A program made the translations under genes and the position numbers. Below are positions 28,062 to 37,608 of a stretch of 64,000 nucleotides of DNA, one piece after another. Position 1 is the first letter of the stretch, and every line of letters starts with the position of its first letter. The stretch covers positions 4,908 to 68,907 of the forward strand of contig CAMPCD010000001.1 in assembly GCA_946643435.1 (NCBI GenBank), read 5' to 3'. The notes under the pieces were generated by a model that was given only the letters and a program-made list of their open reading frames with translations, made no database searches and had not been told where the DNA came from. The stretch is from an uncultured bacterium (lineage in GTDB: Bacteria; Bacillota_I; Bacilli_A; RF39; UBA660).

Positions 28062-28856
28062 TTAACAATTACTTTCTCCAGTACAAACATATGAATTAGT
28101 TGTAGTTGTTGATTGATTAAATTGTTTAAATAATTTATCAAATGATTCTTTAGTATAGTTTTTTATACTATCTGTTAATTCCATATAAGGATCAGTTAAT
28201 TCATCAGATATACCTGTTGTCATAACAACTGGTTTACCTTCTCTAACTAATACTATATTAGGAGCATATATTCTTTTTTCATTAACAGGAACTTCAACAG
28301 TTACCTTCTTTTTCTTAACCTTTTTCTCATATGTTAAAGGTGAATAATCATCTAATACACTATCAAGTCTTTTTAATAATTCATAATAGCCTTCAGTACC
28401 CTCAGTAGTTCTTACTGCCTCATGTTCATCATTTAATGAATATACATCTCTAATGTTTTTTACATCAACATAATAGATAGTAGATACATTATTATCTTTT
28501 GCAGTATTAATTAGTGTTTCTATAATACTTCTACACCAAGGACATGTATCAAATCCAAAGTATACAACAAAAGATTCATTATTATCTATCTTACTTACTA
28601 TATCACTTGCTTTAGCATATCTGATAGGATTATTATCATCAATACTTACACTTCTAGCAACAATACCCTCTTTTATTTCTTGTCCATTAATTGACTCATA
28701 CTCTGCTTTAAATTTTTTAGCATCTGTGGTTTCAATATTTTGAATTTCTATATCATGTTCATTTTTTAATTCATTAAAAATATATGCAACAGTTATACTT
28801 AAACCTATAAAAATAAATATTATTAAAGCAATGCCAATTATCTTCTTCTTGTTCAT
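28062..28856 (-). CDS. Membrane-anchored thioredoxin-fold protein (CPWC)
   Basis: N-terminal TM anchor. FGFDTCPWCRS active-site-like motif in a thioredoxin-fold context. C-terminal CTGESNC pair. Confidence 0.7.
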   Translation of the reverse strand: MNKKKIIGIALIIFIFIGLSITVAYIFNELKNEHDIEIQNIETTDAKKFKAEYESINGQEIKEGIVARSVSIDDNNPIRYAKASDIVSKIDNNESFVVYFGFDTCPWCRSIIETLINTAKDNNVSTIYYVDVKNIRDVYSLNDEHEAVRTTEGTEGYYELLKRLDSVLDDYSPLTYEKKVKKKKVTVEVPVNEKRIYAPNIVLVREGKPVVMTTGISDELTDPYMELTDSIKNYTKESFDKLFKQFNQSTTTTNSYVCTGESNC

Positions 28857-28950
28857 AAATATTGCCTCTTTCCATAGTAATTATAACAAATTATTGTTGA
28901 AATTGGTATATATAACAACTATAATATGTTTAACAAGAAAGGAGACACCT

Positions 28951-29121
28951 ATGAATTTTCCAACTAGATCAGATATTTTTGGATTAGGTTTTGTATATGA
29001 TTACGATAAAGGTATCAGAATGTCACAAGATACTCATAAAGTAGTTGAATCAAAAAAGAAATTCAATAAGAAATCAAATCGCAAAACTAAAACAACTTAT
29101 AAAAGAATGCAAAACAAATAA
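28951..29121 (+). CDS. Small (56 aa) basic protein with Lys/Thr-rich tail
   Basis: ATG at 28951 preceded by AAAGGAGA. Followed by the terminator ACCAC-GAATGA-GTGGT-T7. The longer 28831 ORF overlaps the upstream gene and lacks an RBS. Confidence 0.5.
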   Translation: MNFPTRSDIFGLGFVYDYDKGIRMSQDTHKVVESKKKFNKKSNRKTKTTYKRMQNK

Positions 29122-29142
29122 CCACGAATGAGTGGTTTTTTT
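29121..29142 (+). terminator. Intrinsic terminator
   Basis: ACCACGAATGAGTGGTTTTTTT. Confidence 0.65.
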
Positions 29143-29184
29143 ATTTATAAAGTAGTATAATCTTGTATTATAGGAGAAGATGAT

Positions 29185-31128
29185 ATGAAGGTATTATGGA
29201 ACAAATTTAAGAGAACAAATTTAAGTACAAGATTAGTTTATATTACATCATTCTTAATCTTTCTAGTATCTTATATAATATTTATAATAAATGCACTAAG
29301 ACTTGAAGGAATAGAAACAACAATAAGAATAATCGTACTAGTAGTATTAGGATTAATCTTATTACTATATGGATTTATAGATTTATTATTACTATTGAGA
29401 AAGAAAAGATTTACCGTATACTTTTCTTCACTATTTGTAATATTAATATCAGCAGGATGTATTATTGGTTCAATGACTATTAATAGAATATTAGGATCAA
29501 TGGATTCCTTATCAAAGGATACAGTTATTTATACCACTAATCTTATAGCATTAAATAGTACAGAGTTTGTTAATGATGGTACTTTTATTACAGGTATTAT
29601 CGACAATGATACTGATGTAGAAGGTTATATCCTTCCATACGAATTAATTAATAAAGAAAAATTAAATCTTAAAATAGAAAAATATAGTAATTACTTTGAA
29701 ATGTTAGAAGACTTATACTCAGGTAAAATAAATGGTATGTTTGTTTCATCAAACTATACTATTACTTATTCAGTATATGATGGATACGCAAACATTAAAG
29801 AAGAAACTAAAGTATTAAAAGAATATTCAAAGGAAATGAAAAACCAAGATTATATAGAAAACTTTGCATCTGTTACAGATCCATTTACTATATTGGTCAT
29901 GGGTGTAGATTCTACAGCTGATACATTAAAGAAAGCATCTTCATTCAATGGAGATACTCTAATGATGATATCATTTAATCCACATACTCTTAATGCTACA
30001 GTATTCAGTATTCCAAGAGATACATATGTACCAATTGCATGTTTAAATGGTGATTCATCTAAGATAAATTCATCTGGAGCATATGGTACAAAATGTGTAA
30101 TTAATACTGTACAAAGTTTAACAGGAATAAGTATAGATTATTATGTTAAAGTTGATTTCCAAGGTGTTGTAGACTTAGTTAATGCCGTTGGAGGAATTGA
30201 TGTAGATGTTGAAGTTCCTTCAGTTAAGAGTTTCTTAGCTAAACATAACAACCAATTATGTGAATCAGACTCACATAGAAATATGGTAAACCTTGTATGT
30301 ATGGATACAGGTTACCAACATTTAAATGGTGAACAAGCATTAGCATATGCAAGAAATAGACATGGATATCTTGATGGAGACTTTGCTAGAAATAGACATC
30401 AACAAGTAGTTGTTGAAGGTATAGCTAAAAATATTAAGAATATTTCATCAGTTAATGATTTCTATACTATATTAGATACTATTGCTCCTAATATAGATAC
30501 AAATATGCAAACAAAAGAAATGTTATCATTATATGGAGTTGCTAAAACTGCACTTCAATCCAACAATGGAACATTAATAAATGTTGAAAAAACTAGATTA
30601 ACAGGATATGACTTAACAATGTATGTTAATAACTTAAGATCTAATGTTTATACATTCCAATACTATCCACAATCATTACAAGAAATAGTAGATGCCATGA
30701 ATGTTACATTAGGTAAAAAGAAAGCTAATATGATTACTGAATTCTCATTCTCAGCTAATAAAGAATACAAAGTACCAATTATAGGTGAAAGATATTATTC
30801 AGTTGAAAGAAATGAAACAGTACCTAACTTTGCTGGTCAAACACAATCACAAGTTAAAGCTTGGTGTGATCAAAGAAGTATAACAATGTATGTTAACTAT
30901 GTTCATGAAGGTGATGAATTATATGATTCTACACTAACAGAAGGAACTGTAGTTGGACAAAATGTTATTAAAGGTAAATTAGTAAAAGATATTAACTCAA
31001 TTACAATAAATGTAGTAACTCATTATAATCCAGATGCTACTACTTCAGTAACTACTACTGAAAGTACTACTACTGAAAGTACTACAACTGGAGCTACTAC
31101 TCCAGCTGAAGAACCAATTGAAGAATAA
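29185..31128 (+). CDS. LytR-CpsA-Psr (LCP) family phosphotransferase with multi-TM N-terminus and PASTA-like C-terminal domain
   Basis: LCP core (GDTLMMISFNPHT...FSIPRDTYV, ALAYARNRHG...DFARNRHQQ). C-terminal VPNFAGQTQSQVKAWCDQRSI...GTVVGQNVIKG resembles PASTA. Thr/Ser-rich tail. Confidence 0.85.
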   Translation: MKVLWNKFKRTNLSTRLVYITSFLIFLVSYIIFIINALRLEGIETTIRIIVLVVLGLILLLYGFIDLLLLLRKKRFTVYFSSLFVILISAGCIIGSMTINRILGSMDSLSKDTVIYTTNLIALNSTEFVNDGTFITGIIDNDTDVEGYILPYELINKEKLNLKIEKYSNYFEMLEDLYSGKINGMFVSSNYTITYSVYDGYANIKEETKVLKEYSKEMKNQDYIENFASVTDPFTILVMGVDSTADTLKKASSFNGDTLMMISFNPHTLNATVFSIPRDTYVPIACLNGDSSKINSSGAYGTKCVINTVQSLTGISIDYYVKVDFQGVVDLVNAVGGIDVDVEVPSVKSFLAKHNNQLCESDSHRNMVNLVCMDTGYQHLNGEQALAYARNRHGYLDGDFARNRHQQVVVEGIAKNIKNISSVNDFYTILDTIAPNIDTNMQTKEMLSLYGVAKTALQSNNGTLINVEKTRLTGYDLTMYVNNLRSNVYTFQYYPQSLQEIVDAMNVTLGKKKANMITEFSFSANKEYKVPIIGERYYSVERNETVPNFAGQTQSQVKAWCDQRSITMYVNYVHEGDELYDSTLTEGTVVGQNVIKGKLVKDINSITINVVTHYNPDATTSVTTTESTTTESTTTGATTPAEEPIEE

Positions 31129-31156
31129 AAAAGAACTCTTATGAGTTCTTTTATTT
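31127..31156. terminator. Bidirectional intrinsic terminator
   Basis: AAAAAGAACTC-TTAT-GAGTTCTTTTATTTTTT. Confidence 0.7.
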
Positions 31157-31504
31157 TTTATCTAATTTATATTCAGCTTCATCAAACCATATAATTATAT
31201 TATTGCTATTAACTGTTCTTAAATATAATCTAGAATTAACTATTTCACCAGTATGAACATTTAAATTAAATGGTTCATTATTAAATATTTCTACTCCATC
31301 AATAGTTAAATTAAATGTTTTACCATCAGTCTTAAATGATGAATTATCATCACTCCAAGTTATATTCTTTATTTCACTTTCATTAAAGAATACATTAGTT
31401 GATTCCAAATTTCTAATATACATTAGAATATAAACTATTACTATAATAAATACTATAGATAAAGCAGCCATTATTATATTAAATCTTTTATTTTGATCTA
31501 TCAT
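31151..31504 (-). CDS. N-terminally anchored small protein, unknown function
   Basis: 117 aa, one TM helix, AGGTGA RBS. Confidence 0.5.
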   Translation of the reverse strand: MIDQNKRFNIIMAALSIVFIIVIVYILMYIRNLESTNVFFNESEIKNITWSDDNSSFKTDGKTFNLTIDGVEIFNNEPFNLNVHTGEIVNSRLYLRTVNSNNIIIWFDEAEYKLDKK

Positions 31505-31512
31505 GTTATCAC

Positions 31513-32307
31513 CTAATCATACAATGGACTCTTGTATGATCTAACCTTCCATCTTTCTTCAAATCCTAGTTCAACAGTAACAAATGAATAATTAGGAGCA
31601 CTATAACCCATATCTTTATAATTACTATTATAGTATCTAACTTTATATTTAATAGTGTAATTACCATTTTCAACTAATTCATAATCAACTATTACTATAT
31701 TAGCTTTTCCATAAGTATTAACTAATCTATATGTTTTATCTTCATCTCTATAAAATACTCTTACATCTTGATACTTATAATTTAAAAGCATATTCTTAGT
31801 TTGTCTAGTAAAGAACTTATCAACATAAGCATCAAAATTATATAGTTCAGCATATTTATGTCCTTTATTTTCAACAATGTCTTTTTCTCCCTCTTTAACT
31901 GAGTTAACTACAGCTTCTGTATCAAATAAAGAGTTATCAGTAAAATCATATAAAGGATTAACTACTTCAAATAAACCTTGTCCAACTTTTAATGCTTCTT
32001 CTCTAGATAATTCTCTCTTTTTATATATTTCATCATTCAATAAACTATCTACATCAACTTCATAGTAAGGAGAAGATTCTCTTCTTACTTTTGTGGTTGT
32101 AGTAGTTGTTGTTCCAGTTCCTGCAGTTGTTGATCTAGTTGTATATCTTCCTTGAGTAATATTTAATGAAGGTAATCCTTGATTAGGCTTCTTTAAGGAT
32201 AAACCTAACATAACACTTACTACTAATAAAATAATAAATAATATACTAGTAATAACTAACATGATAACATTACTTTTATTCATTTTAAATTTTTCATAAT
32301 CTTCCAT
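31513..32307 (-). CDS. N-terminally anchored protein with Thr-rich linker, unknown function
   Basis: 264 aa with a TM helix, the linker TAGTGTTTTTTTK, and a globular C-terminal domain. AGGTGA RBS. Confidence 0.55.
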   Translation of the reverse strand: MEDYEKFKMNKSNVIMLVITSILFIILLVVSVMLGLSLKKPNQGLPSLNITQGRYTTRSTTAGTGTTTTTTTKVRRESSPYYEVDVDSLLNDEIYKKRELSREEALKVGQGLFEVVNPLYDFTDNSLFDTEAVVNSVKEGEKDIVENKGHKYAELYNFDAYVDKFFTRQTKNMLLNYKYQDVRVFYRDEDKTYRLVNTYGKANIVIVDYELVENGNYTIKYKVRYYNSNYKDMGYSAPNYSFVTVELGFEERWKVRSYKSPLYD

Positions 32308-32424
32308 ATTATCACCTATAATAATTTTATTATTTATTATCCCAATTTACAAGGAATTTACGATAATATTAGAATAGTTAACAATCAAATATTAAAATTA
32401 TATTATAATTAATATGGTGATAGT

Positions 32425-33327
32425 ATGAATAATTATAGTTTTACTTCCAGCGATGGACATACTAAAGTATATACTAGATTTTTCCCTATAAATAATATAA
32501 AAGGAATTATAGTATTAGTTCATGGTCTAGGTGACCACATAGATAATTATGAGGATATAGCTAATATCCTAAAAGATGAAGGATATGCAATAGCCGGTAT
32601 AGATTTAATTGGCTTTGGTAAATCATCTGATATATATGGTTACTATGAAGATAGAAAGAATACATATAACTACTTCACAGATGATTTAAAAACCTATATA
32701 GATAAATTACAGGAAGAATATAAAAATATACCTATCTATTTATTAGGTTTCTCATTTGGTTCATTTATTACTAGATTATATATAAATAAATACGATAATG
32801 TTAAAGGTATGATAGTTATAGGTTCAGCATTCATCAATCCTACTTATATGAACTTTTGTAAATTCTATGCATCTTGTTTAGCAGTAGGTAAAGGTTGGAA
32901 TGATAGAAATACATTCTTATATCATAAGACTATAGTTAAATTAAATGATAGATTTGAAGATAAATCAATTCCATCATGGTTATGTAGTAATATAAGTTTT
33001 ATAAGATCACGTATAAATGATCCTTACGTATCAGCTAGATTAACTACATCAGGTTATTATGTTTTATATGATGTAATAAATAAATGTTGTAAGAAGAAAA
33101 ATGTTAATGCTATAAATAAGAACTTACCAATATTAATACTATCAGGTAAAGATGATCCAGTAACATCATTTGGAAAAGATGTTTATTTATTAGATAAAAG
33201 ATATAAAGAAAATAATGTCATGAATGTCAGATTTAAAATATATAATAATATGAGACATGACTTATTACATGAAGTTAGTCGTGATATACCAGTTCATGAA
33301 ATATTAGAATTCTTAAATAACAAATAA
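32425..33327 (+). CDS. Alpha/beta hydrolase (lysophospholipase/monoacylglycerol-lipase-like)
   Basis: HGLGDH oxyanion region, GFSFGS nucleophile elbow, and a C-terminal His (MRHDLLHE). Confidence 0.8.
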   Translation: MNNYSFTSSDGHTKVYTRFFPINNIKGIIVLVHGLGDHIDNYEDIANILKDEGYAIAGIDLIGFGKSSDIYGYYEDRKNTYNYFTDDLKTYIDKLQEEYKNIPIYLLGFSFGSFITRLYINKYDNVKGMIVIGSAFINPTYMNFCKFYASCLAVGKGWNDRNTFLYHKTIVKLNDRFEDKSIPSWLCSNISFIRSRINDPYVSARLTTSGYYVLYDVINKCCKKKNVNAINKNLPILILSGKDDPVTSFGKDVYLLDKRYKENNVMNVRFKIYNNMRHDLLHEVSRDIPVHEILEFLNNK

Positions 33328-33356
33328 AAAAGACACTTATAAGTGTCTTATTTTAT
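33326..33356. terminator. Bidirectional intrinsic terminator
   Basis: AAAAAAGACACTT-AT-AAGTGTCTTATTTTATTTT. Confidence 0.7.
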
Positions 33357-34138
33357 TTTCTCTTTGTACTTTTATTTGTAGTTTTCTTAGTTGTTTTTTT
33401 CTTTGTTGAAGTAGACTTACTTGTAGTCTTTTTAGTTGTTGTTTTTGCTTTAGCAGGTTTTTCTTCTACTTCAGCTTTAATAGGTTGTACTTTTTCTTCT
33501 TTTACTTCTTCTGTTTCAGATTCTTCATCTTCTTCAGGATTCTTAGTAAAGATAATTATTAATACAACAACAACAGTTACGCCTAAGATAATAATACCAA
33601 CTATGTCAGTATTAGATTTCTTTTCGTTTTCTTCTGAATCAATAGATGCTTCAGGATTTGATTCTACAGGTTTAACTGTCATTTGTTCAACTAATTTACC
33701 AACAACATCAACATATTTACTGTTGCTAGCTTCATCAAGAATAGTTTGTACTATTGTTGAATTATATGATTCACCATATCCTGAGAAATATTGATCACCA
33801 ATTACAAAGAATGGAACTCCTGATGGTTCAGTTCCTAAAGCTTCACCAACAGCATTGAATAATTCAATATTTTGTGAATGATCATTAGATTTATTCCATA
33901 CTTCATAATAAACTACTTGGAATTTATCTTTTACTTTTTCATCTTTTCTTAAAGTAGTTTTGATATATGTCTCTAAATCTGCACAATGAGGACATCCGTC
34001 ACCATAGAATACATATATATTTACTACACCTGGAGCAGTACTTGCTTGAGTTGTAGTAGTTGTTTTCTTTGCGCTAGCAAATGTTACTGGCATTAAAACT
34101 AGTAATGCAACAAGTAATGTTTTGACAAATTTCTTCAT
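33353..34138 (-). CDS. Secreted thioredoxin-fold protein (CPHC) with C-terminal TM helix and Lys/Thr-rich cytoplasmic tail
   Basis: Signal peptide, GDGCPHCADLE motif, TM helix IVGIIILGVTVVVVLIIIF, acidic segment, then the tail KAKTTTKKTTSKSTSTKKKTTKKTTNKSTKRK. Confidence 0.65.
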   Translation of the reverse strand: MKKFVKTLLVALLVLMPVTFASAKKTTTTTQASTAPGVVNIYVFYGDGCPHCADLETYIKTTLRKDEKVKDKFQVVYYEVWNKSNDHSQNIELFNAVGEALGTEPSGVPFFVIGDQYFSGYGESYNSTIVQTILDEASNSKYVDVVGKLVEQMTVKPVESNPEASIDSEENEKKSNTDIVGIIILGVTVVVVLIIIFTKNPEEDEESETEEVKEEKVQPIKAEVEEKPAKAKTTTKKTTSKSTSTKKKTTKKTTNKSTKRK

Positions 34139-34221
34139 ACCATTTCCTCCTAGTAATAATTATACCATATATCAAGTAAAAGTTAGCAATAAAATAACAA
34201 AAAAAGCAAGATAACTTGCTT

Positions 34222-35766
34222 TTAAATGATCATTGCTGTATGTACACCTATATGAATTTTTACTACATAGAATAATAGTAATAAGATTATCCACATAGCT
34301 GTAATTCCAATTGAGTATGGTAATAAATAACTATTACCTTTTCTAATTCCAGTTCCTTCTTTATTATATTTTTCAATATAAGATATATATATAACATAAT
34401 AAGCCATAATTGGAGTTAATATATATGTTAAAGAAGAACCAGCTGTAAATACTAATTGTGCAGCTTCAGGAGTAAATCCTGCTGTCATCATTGAAGGTAC
34501 AACACTTGCTGATAATATTTGCCATCTAGTAACAGCTGATGGTAATACCAATGTTGATAATGCTCCAATGAAGAATACTAATAGCATCAATGGTATTCCA
34601 GTAAATCCAGAATAATTAACTACGTTTGCTAAGAATGCAGTAAATACTTCACCTATATTTGTATATTTAATTATTGATATAAATGTTGAAGCAAAGAATA
34701 ATAATACTATAATCTTTCCTATATCATCTAATGAATGTGATAAGAAATTACATAATTCTCTATGATTACTAATCTTCTTAGCACCTATACCATATAGTAA
34801 ACCACATATGAAGAATAATAATGTTACTACAAATACAAAACCTGAGTTAAAGAATGATTGAGCACCAAATAATTTATCTATATATCTTGCTTGAGAATAA
34901 TCAAGTAAGTTACCACCAAATGGTAATCCAGGGATTATATTATAAATAAATATAATCATGTATATAGTTGCACCAATGAATGCAAATAACAATCCTCTTT
35001 TTTCTCTATTAGTTAAATAATCTTTATCTTCAATTATTTCATTTTCATCTACTTCATATTTAGCTAAAGCAGGTGCTGTAATTTTTTCAGTTACATAAGT
35101 TAATATAATTGAACCAGCAACAAAAGCTAATAACATGATCCATACTGTTGACCATGAACCAATTGTATATGATGTAGATATTAAATTAGCAGATTGTGTA
35201 GTAGTACTTAATAAAGCAGAATCTACACTACTGATTATTGCATGAATACCTGTACCTAATCCCGTACAAGCAAATGCATGTACAATACCAATTACAGGAT
35301 TTCTTTTACCATATTTAAATAGTAAAGCTGCAAAAGGTATCATAATAATAAAACTTATATCACCTGTTATTGAAACAGCAATACATAATACACTTACAAT
35401 GAATGTAACTAAATACTTAGGCATCTTTCTTGTAACCAAGAAGAATAATGTATCTAAGAATCCACTTTCATCCATCATGGAAATACCCATTAGTAAGATT
35501 AATAACATACTAAGCGGAGCAAAACTAACGAAGTTGGAAACTGTATTTGAGAATATATATTTAACTCCACTCAAATTTAATAATGATTCAATTGTAACTA
35601 ATGTAGTTTCAACTGCACCAGTTTTTGGATTAATCTTACTATAATTAACTGATACATCAAATAAATCTAAAATACCACTTAACAAAATAGTCACAGCCAT
35701 TAAGATGATAAAAGACATTATCGGATGTAACATGATAGTATTTTTAATCTTCTTTACTCTCTTCAT
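34222..35766 (-). CDS. AbgT-family (p-aminobenzoyl-glutamate type) transporter
   Basis: 514 aa and polytopic. The N-terminus MKRVKKIKNTIMLHPIMSFIIL and overall size and layout are typical of AbgT. AAGGAG RBS. Confidence 0.6.
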   Translation of the reverse strand: MKRVKKIKNTIMLHPIMSFIILMAVTILLSGILDLFDVSVNYSKINPKTGAVETTLVTIESLLNLSGVKYIFSNTVSNFVSFAPLSMLLILLMGISMMDESGFLDTLFFLVTRKMPKYLVTFIVSVLCIAVSITGDISFIIMIPFAALLFKYGKRNPVIGIVHAFACTGLGTGIHAIISSVDSALLSTTTQSANLISTSYTIGSWSTVWIMLLAFVAGSIILTYVTEKITAPALAKYEVDENEIIEDKDYLTNREKRGLLFAFIGATIYMIIFIYNIIPGLPFGGNLLDYSQARYIDKLFGAQSFFNSGFVFVVTLLFFICGLLYGIGAKKISNHRELCNFLSHSLDDIGKIIVLLFFASTFISIIKYTNIGEVFTAFLANVVNYSGFTGIPLMLLVFFIGALSTLVLPSAVTRWQILSASVVPSMMTAGFTPEAAQLVFTAGSSLTYILTPIMAYYVIYISYIEKYNKEGTGIRKGNSYLLPYSIGITAMWIILLLLFYVVKIHIGVHTAMII

Positions 35767-35944
35767 TAATAACTCCTTTTAATTTTTTCTTAAACTCTAA
35801 TCTATCCATCATAATTTCATGATTACATTTAGAGCATTTGATTTTTACATCAACTCCTACACGAGTAATAATCCATTCATTATTACCACATGCATGAGGT
35901 TTTTTCATAATTACTTTATCATTTAATTTAAAATTATTTTCCAT
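35744..35944 (-). CDS. DUF951-family small protein
   Basis: Start at MENNFKL (GGTGGAG RBS). KKPHACGNNEWIITRVGVDVKIKCSKCNHEIM zinc-ribbon-like motif. Confidence 0.65.
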   Translation of the reverse strand: MENNFKLNDKVIMKKPHACGNNEWIITRVGVDVKIKCSKCNHEIMMDRLEFKKKLKGVINEESKED

Positions 35945-36725
35945 TGTGAATCTCCACCTGTGGATAAGGAATCTTGATGTTCTTTTCATCAAATTCTTCC
36001 TTTACTATTTTTAATGCTTCTCTTCTTATTACATATCTATCTTCAGACTTACACTTAATTAATAATAAATAATCAACATTAGATTCATTAAAATTATTAA
36101 CACCTAAATATTGAGGAGTCTCGAGAGTTAGTTTAGTTTCTTCTAATCTCTTAATAATTGATTGCATTACTTTTTCTACTTTCTTTTCACTTACTTCATA
36201 AGCTACAGGTATGTTTAAATACCATAAAGTAGGATTTGATGATAAGTTTTGTATCTTAGAGATTTCTCTATTAGCTATAGTTAATTCAGTACCATCAAAC
36301 CCAATTATCTTAGTTGATTTTAAACCAAACTCAGAAACTATACCTGTAAAATCATTAAATGTTACTAAGTCACCAACTACAAAATAATCATCTAATATTA
36401 TATTACATCCAGCAATTATATCTTTTAAGGCATCTTGTAATGCAAGACCACCTATAACACCAACTACTCCAAGTGATGTAACTATAGCAGATACATCTAC
36501 TCCCCAAATTGATAATATAATCACTAGTGCAATTAATATAAATAAATAACTTAATATATTTGATATTAATGTTACTATTGTATTTCTTTTCTTTGTCTTT
36601 ATAGAAGCAGCATTTGTTACTTCTATTTTATCTTTTGCTCTATTGATAATAGATACAATTATAATAGTAAATAATATAGTAACTATTGTAGTTATAAATT
36701 TTTCAGATAATACAAAATCTATCAT
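35934..36725 (-). CDS. MscS-family mechanosensitive channel
   Basis: Three TM helices followed by the beta domain (VGDLVTFNDFTGIVSEFGLKSTKI). ATG at 36725 (GGTGA RBS), 1 nt after the parB stop. Confidence 0.8.
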   Translation of the reverse strand: MIDFVLSEKFITTIVTILFTIIIVSIINRAKDKIEVTNAASIKTKKRNTIVTLISNILSYLFILIALVIILSIWGVDVSAIVTSLGVVGVIGGLALQDALKDIIAGCNIILDDYFVVGDLVTFNDFTGIVSEFGLKSTKIIGFDGTELTIANREISKIQNLSSNPTLWYLNIPVAYEVSEKKVEKVMQSIIKRLEETKLTLETPQYLGVNNFNESNVDYLLLIKCKSEDRYVIRREALKIVKEEFDEKNIKIPYPQVEIHNGK

Positions 36726-36726
36726 A

Positions 36727-37608
36727 TTATTCACCAACTTCAATATCTAATATTTCCATGATTCTATCTAAATCTTTATCTGAATCAAATGGTATTGTTA
36801 TCTTATTAGATTTAATTGATACTTTATTACCTATTTTTTCTCTCATTAAATTTTCATATATTCTATATCTAGTTTTATCAACTGAATGAGTAATAGGATT
36901 TTTCTTCTTTATAGTTGTATCTTGAGAAATATTTTCAATATCTCTTACAGATAAACCTTCTTTTTTAATTCTATTAGCTAATTCAATTATTTGATCTTTA
37001 TTATCTAGTTTAGATAATACTCTAGCATGAGACATAGAAATATTTTTATTTGTTACTTCCTTTTGAATTTCAGCAGGAAGTTTTAATAAACCTAGTAAAT
37101 TGGTAATATAACTTCTTGATTTTTTAAATCTATTAGCTAATTCTTCTTGAGTAATATCCATTCTCTCCATATAGTTTTTATAAGCTTGTGCTTCTTCAAT
37201 TGGAGATAAATCTTCTCTTTGAATATTTTCAAGAATAGCTATTTCCATCATCTCTTGATCAGTGAAATCTTTAATAATTGCAGGAATTGTTTGTCTACCA
37301 GCTAAAACTGAAGCTTTAGTTCTTCTTTCACCAGCAACTAATTCATAACCTTTAATGCTCTTTTTAACAATGATTGGTTCTAATACACCAATTTCTTTAA
37401 TTGAGTCAGCTAACTCTTGTAAAGCATCATCATCAAAATGAATTCTTGGTTGGTATGGATTGCTTCTAATTTCACTTATTGGAATTTCCATTATTTCATT
37501 TTTGGGAGTAGAGTCAATTATATTTTGTTCAAATGAAGTAATATCAACTGATTCAGATGAGAATAATTCTTCTAATCCTTTTCCTAACGCTCTTCTATTT
37601 TCTTTCAT
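36727..37608 (-). CDS. parB: Chromosome partitioning protein ParB/Spo0J
   Basis: LGKGLEELF, NPYQPR, GVLEPIIV and AGERRTKAS motifs plus an HTH. Confidence 0.9.
   Translation of the reverse strand: MKENRRALGKGLEELFSSESVDITSFEQNIIDSTPKNEIMEIPISEIRSNPYQPRIHFDDDALQELADSIKEIGVLEPIIVKKSIKGYELVAGERRTKASVLAGRQTIPAIIKDFTDQEMMEIAILENIQREDLSPIEEAQAYKNYMERMDITQEELANRFKKSRSYITNLLGLLKLPAEIQKEVTNKNISMSHARVLSKLDNKDQIIELANRIKKEGLSVRDIENISQDTTIKKKNPITHSVDKTRYRIYENLMREKIGNKVSIKSNKITIPFDSDKDLDRIMEILDIEVGE

Noticed and set aside
28831-29121. 96-aa version of the small basic protein ORF.
   Set aside because: The upstream 40 codons overlap the start of the convergently oriented 28062-28856 gene region and lack an RBS. 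A strong AAAGGAGA RBS precedes the internal ATG at 28951, so the 56-aa form is preferred.
34287-35967. Two perfect DnaA boxes near parAB (TTATCCACA at 34287-34295, TGTGGATAA at 35959-35967), considered as a possible oriC or DnaA-box cluster.
   Set aside because: Both lie inside coding sequence and are 1.7 kb apart. From a rough base-composition estimate I expect about 0.7 perfect boxes per 64 kb on both strands by chance. There is no AT-rich unwinding element and no dnaA or dnaN nearby.
35944-35992. N-terminal extensions of several track ORFs. Examples are 35992 for DUF951, 44021 for rplM, 9358 for uvrB, 41249 for ftsH, 36743 for mscS, 13839, 11292 and 57155.
   Set aside because: In each case an internal ATG with a well-spaced GGTGA/GGAGG-type RBS matches the conserved N-terminus of the family. 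The upstream start has no RBS or is a non-ATG codon.
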